From: Dehalococcoidia bacterium
GTDB taxonomy: Bacteria > Chloroflexota > Dehalococcoidia > Bin125
Length of the DNA stretch: 64,000 bases
Direction of reading: 5' to 3'
Assembly (NCBI GenBank): GCA_965243125.1
Contig: OZ251529.1
Span: 1,683,729-1,747,728, forward strand
Positions 62,327-64,000 of this stretch are shown here, piece after piece. Within the stretch, counting starts at the first letter, position 1, and the number at the start of each line of letters is the position of its first letter. The notes below the pieces were generated by a model that was not told the DNA's origin, made no database searches, and saw only the letters and a program-made list of their open reading frames with translations. Made by a program: the position numbers and the translations under genes.

Positions 62327-62442
62327 ACTCTCTTCACGCGCCAGAGCCCCGACCCGCCCCCCAACGCCCGCACGCAGGACCGCCCAACGCCCCACCCCAC
62401 TAACCCACCATCCCTGACCTCCGCCATCCCCGCGCACATCTC

Positions 62443-62500
62443 CGTCATACCCGCGCTTGCCGCGGAGCCTGCCCCCGGCCTGAACGGGGGTATCTCGACG
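62443..62500. repeat. 58-bp long-variant CGTCAT hairpin element (inverse orientation of 33834-33891)
   Basis: Its reverse complement matches 33834-33891. Confidence 0.55.
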
Positions 62501-62706
62501 TGAACAGCGCCAACGCCGCACCCCCTCCTCCGACCCTCACCCACGCGCATGAGCCGCGCTGACTCATCATCAGACAAACCTTTCAGTGAACACTATTGAC
62601 ATCCTACGCGCAAATCTGCCACCCTTCCCCCACCGGTCCTCATCTCCGCCCCGAAGCCGCCGAACAGTCGGCCGCCCGCATGCGCGGGGGTGGGAAGGGG
62701 GAGCAC

Positions 62707-64000
62707 ATGGTCCATCTGCCGCCGCCGCTCATGCACGAGCGACCGCACCTGCCGCACGCCGTCAGCGAAGCCTTACGACACCGCCCCCACATCGTGCCGC
62801 TCATCGCCGACTCCCCCCAGCACCACCCACGCATCTTCAGCGCCGCCGCGATCGGCGCCAGCTTCCTGCTGCTCCTCGTCGCAGCCATCACCGTCTACAA
62901 CAGCATCGTGCGAGCGCCCGACGCTCAAAACGGGGCGCTGACCGAGGCCTTGCTGGCCTCCGGCGCGACGGCCGACTGGCACTGGGGCGGCGGTCCGCCC
63001 GATGCGGAAGCCGCCGCCGCGCGAGACGGCGAACTCCAGCCCGGCAACCTCTACATCAACACCGACAACGGCGACATCTACCTGCGGCTCGAAGACGGTT
63101 GGAGCGACGATCCCGTCGGCAGTCTGGGCAGCGCCGCTCAGCCGATCATCCTCGAGCAGCCCGCCGCCGCGCAGGTGAATCGAGCGTCAATCGTCGGGGG
63201 GGGGGGGGGTAAAACCGACAATTCTTCCGCCGACTACAGCGCATCGGGCGCTCCAGGACCAGCCGGACCGCCCGGTCCGCGCGGCGAAACAGGACTGCAA
63301 GGATCCGAAGGCGAACGCGGTCCCCGCGGCCTGATCGGACCCACCGGCCCGCAAGGATTGCAAGGCGAGCAGGGCGAACCCGGCCCCGCCGGTGCAATCG
63401 GCCCGCAAGGGCTGCAAGGCGCACCGGGCGAGCCCGGTCCCGCCGGCGCAGTCGGCCCGCAAGGGCTGCAAGGTGAACCGGGCGAGCGTGGCGAGCTCGG
63501 TCCCGCTGGCGCAATCGGCCCGCAAGGGCTGCAAGGCGAGCAGGGCGAACCCGGCCCGACCGGTGCAGTCGGCGCAATCGGTCCGCAGGGTCCTGTCGGC
63601 CCCGTCGGTCCGCGGGGCTTGCAAGGCATCCCCGGACCTCCCGGCTCCCAGGGCGAGCGCGGCGAGCAAGGCCTACAGGGACCCGCCGGACCGGCCGGCG
63701 GTCCCCCGGGGCCGCAAGGCGCAATCGGTCCGGCCGGACCTCAAGGCGATGACGGCCCGCCCGGTCCGCAGGGCATCCAAGGACCGCAGGGCGAGCGCGG
63801 CCCCGCCGGACCGCAGGGTATCCAGGGACCGCCTGGACCCGCCGGCGGCCCACGAGGAGCCACTGGCGCGGTCGGTCCCCAAGGTCCGCAGGGACCGCGC
63901 GGCCCGCAAGGCCTGCGCGGTCTGCAGGGCGACACCGGGATACCCGGCCCCCAGGGCGCGACGGGCGAACGCGGCCCCGCCGGACAGCGCGGCAGCCGCT
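62707..64000 (+). CDS. membrane-anchored collagen-like (Gly-X-Y triple-helix repeat) protein, 3'-partial at the window end
   Basis: The frame stays open from 62590 to the window end. The N-terminal TM helix is [22 protein letters not shown], followed by a roughly 100-aa globular region. At least 240 aa of GPxGxxG Gly-X-Y repeats follow. An alternative ATG lies at 62680. It is absent from the ORF track because no stop occurs within the window. Confidence 0.75.
   Translation, partial: MVHLPPPLMHERPHLPHAVSEALRHRPHIVPLIADSPQHHPRIFSAAAIGASFLLLLVAAITVYNSIVRAPDAQNGALTEALLASGATADWHWGGGPPDAEAAAARDGELQPGNLYINTDNGDIYLRLEDGWSDDPVGSLGSAAQPIILEQPAAAQVNRASIVGGGGGKTDNSSADYSASGAPGPAGPPGPRGETGLQGSEGERGPRGLIGPTGPQGLQGEQGEPGPAGAIGPQGLQGAPGEPGPAGAVGPQGLQGEPGERGELGPAGAIGPQGLQGEQGEPGPTGAVGAIGPQGPVGPVGPRGLQGIPGPPGSQGERGEQGLQGPAGPAGGPPGPQGAIGPAGPQGDDGPPGPQGIQGPQGERGPAGPQGIQGPPGPAGGPRGATGAVGPQGPQGPRGPQGLRGLQGDTGIPGPQGATGERGPAGQRGSR

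Noticed and set aside
62594-62625. TTGACA hexamer upstream of the collagen-like gene as a possible promoter
   Set aside because: No acceptable -10 hexamer at 16-18-bp spacing was found, so it was not reported as a feature.
62586-63212. 208-aa plus-strand ORF and minus-strand ORFs 63146-63935 with Pro/Gly/Arg-rich products
   Set aside because: They are out of frame with, or antisense to, the collagen-like Gly-X-Y frame. That frame is open for more than 1.4 kb to the window edge and has a TM anchor. The others are shadows of the GC-rich triplet repeat.

Overview
This is a high-GC bacterial chromosomal segment (GC judged by eye at roughly 68-70%, not computed) with dense, well-supported coding. 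Gene content and order (cdaA-cdaR, plsY-gpsA, an 11-subunit-style nuo cluster, ComEA/ComEC, many CaiB/BaiF CoA-transferases, split MaoC hotdog pairs) would fit a Chloroflexota- or Actinobacteria-like organism, but I cannot assign taxonomy from sequence alone.

Housekeeping genes recognised:
- tRNA-Leu(TAA) and tRNA-Pro(TGG);
- comEC and comEA;
- argF;
- cdaA and cdaR (diadenylate cyclase and its YbbR-type regulator);
- der, plsY, gpsA;
- a nuo operon with only nuoA-C-D-H-J-K-L-M-N, followed by ybeY;
- dnaX, ybaB, recR, recO and an FmdB zinc-ribbon protein;
- a polyprenyl synthase, tatD, metG, rsmI;
- an IMPDH-family protein, pyrD, a GlcD-like FAD oxidase and a CinA C-terminal-domain (PncC-like) protein.

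Accessory and unusual content:
- An inverted pair of near-identical RCC1-repeat surface-protein genes brackets dnaX-ybaB-recR-recO. One copy ends in an LPSTG-like anchor. The other ends in a novel roughly 45-aa module that recurs in two secreted proteins of a lower-GC islet next to tRNA-Pro.
- A roughly 410-bp direct duplication (the ybeY 3' end plus a small ORF) flanks a membrane HExxH metalloprotease gene with internal N-terminal repeats. A MORN-like 18-residue-repeat protein lies just upstream.
- Five CaiB/BaiF genes encode six CoA-transferase family III domains, including an 807-aa tandem didomain fusion placed beside a split two-hotdog hydratase pair.
- A tandem Phd/YefM-VapC toxin-antitoxin array carries a duplicated orphan antitoxin; a separate lower-GC PIN-like pair is also present.
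- A membrane-anchored collagen-like (Gly-X-Y) gene carries an in-frame G14 homopolymer.
- At least three families of short dispersed hairpin or MITE-like repeats occur, one showing compensatory stem variation, plus a 24-bp minisatellite.

The nuo cluster itself lacks nuoB, nuoE/F/G and nuoI and carries a DUF2007-like small ORF between nuoK and nuoL.

No rRNA gene or CRISPR array was seen.
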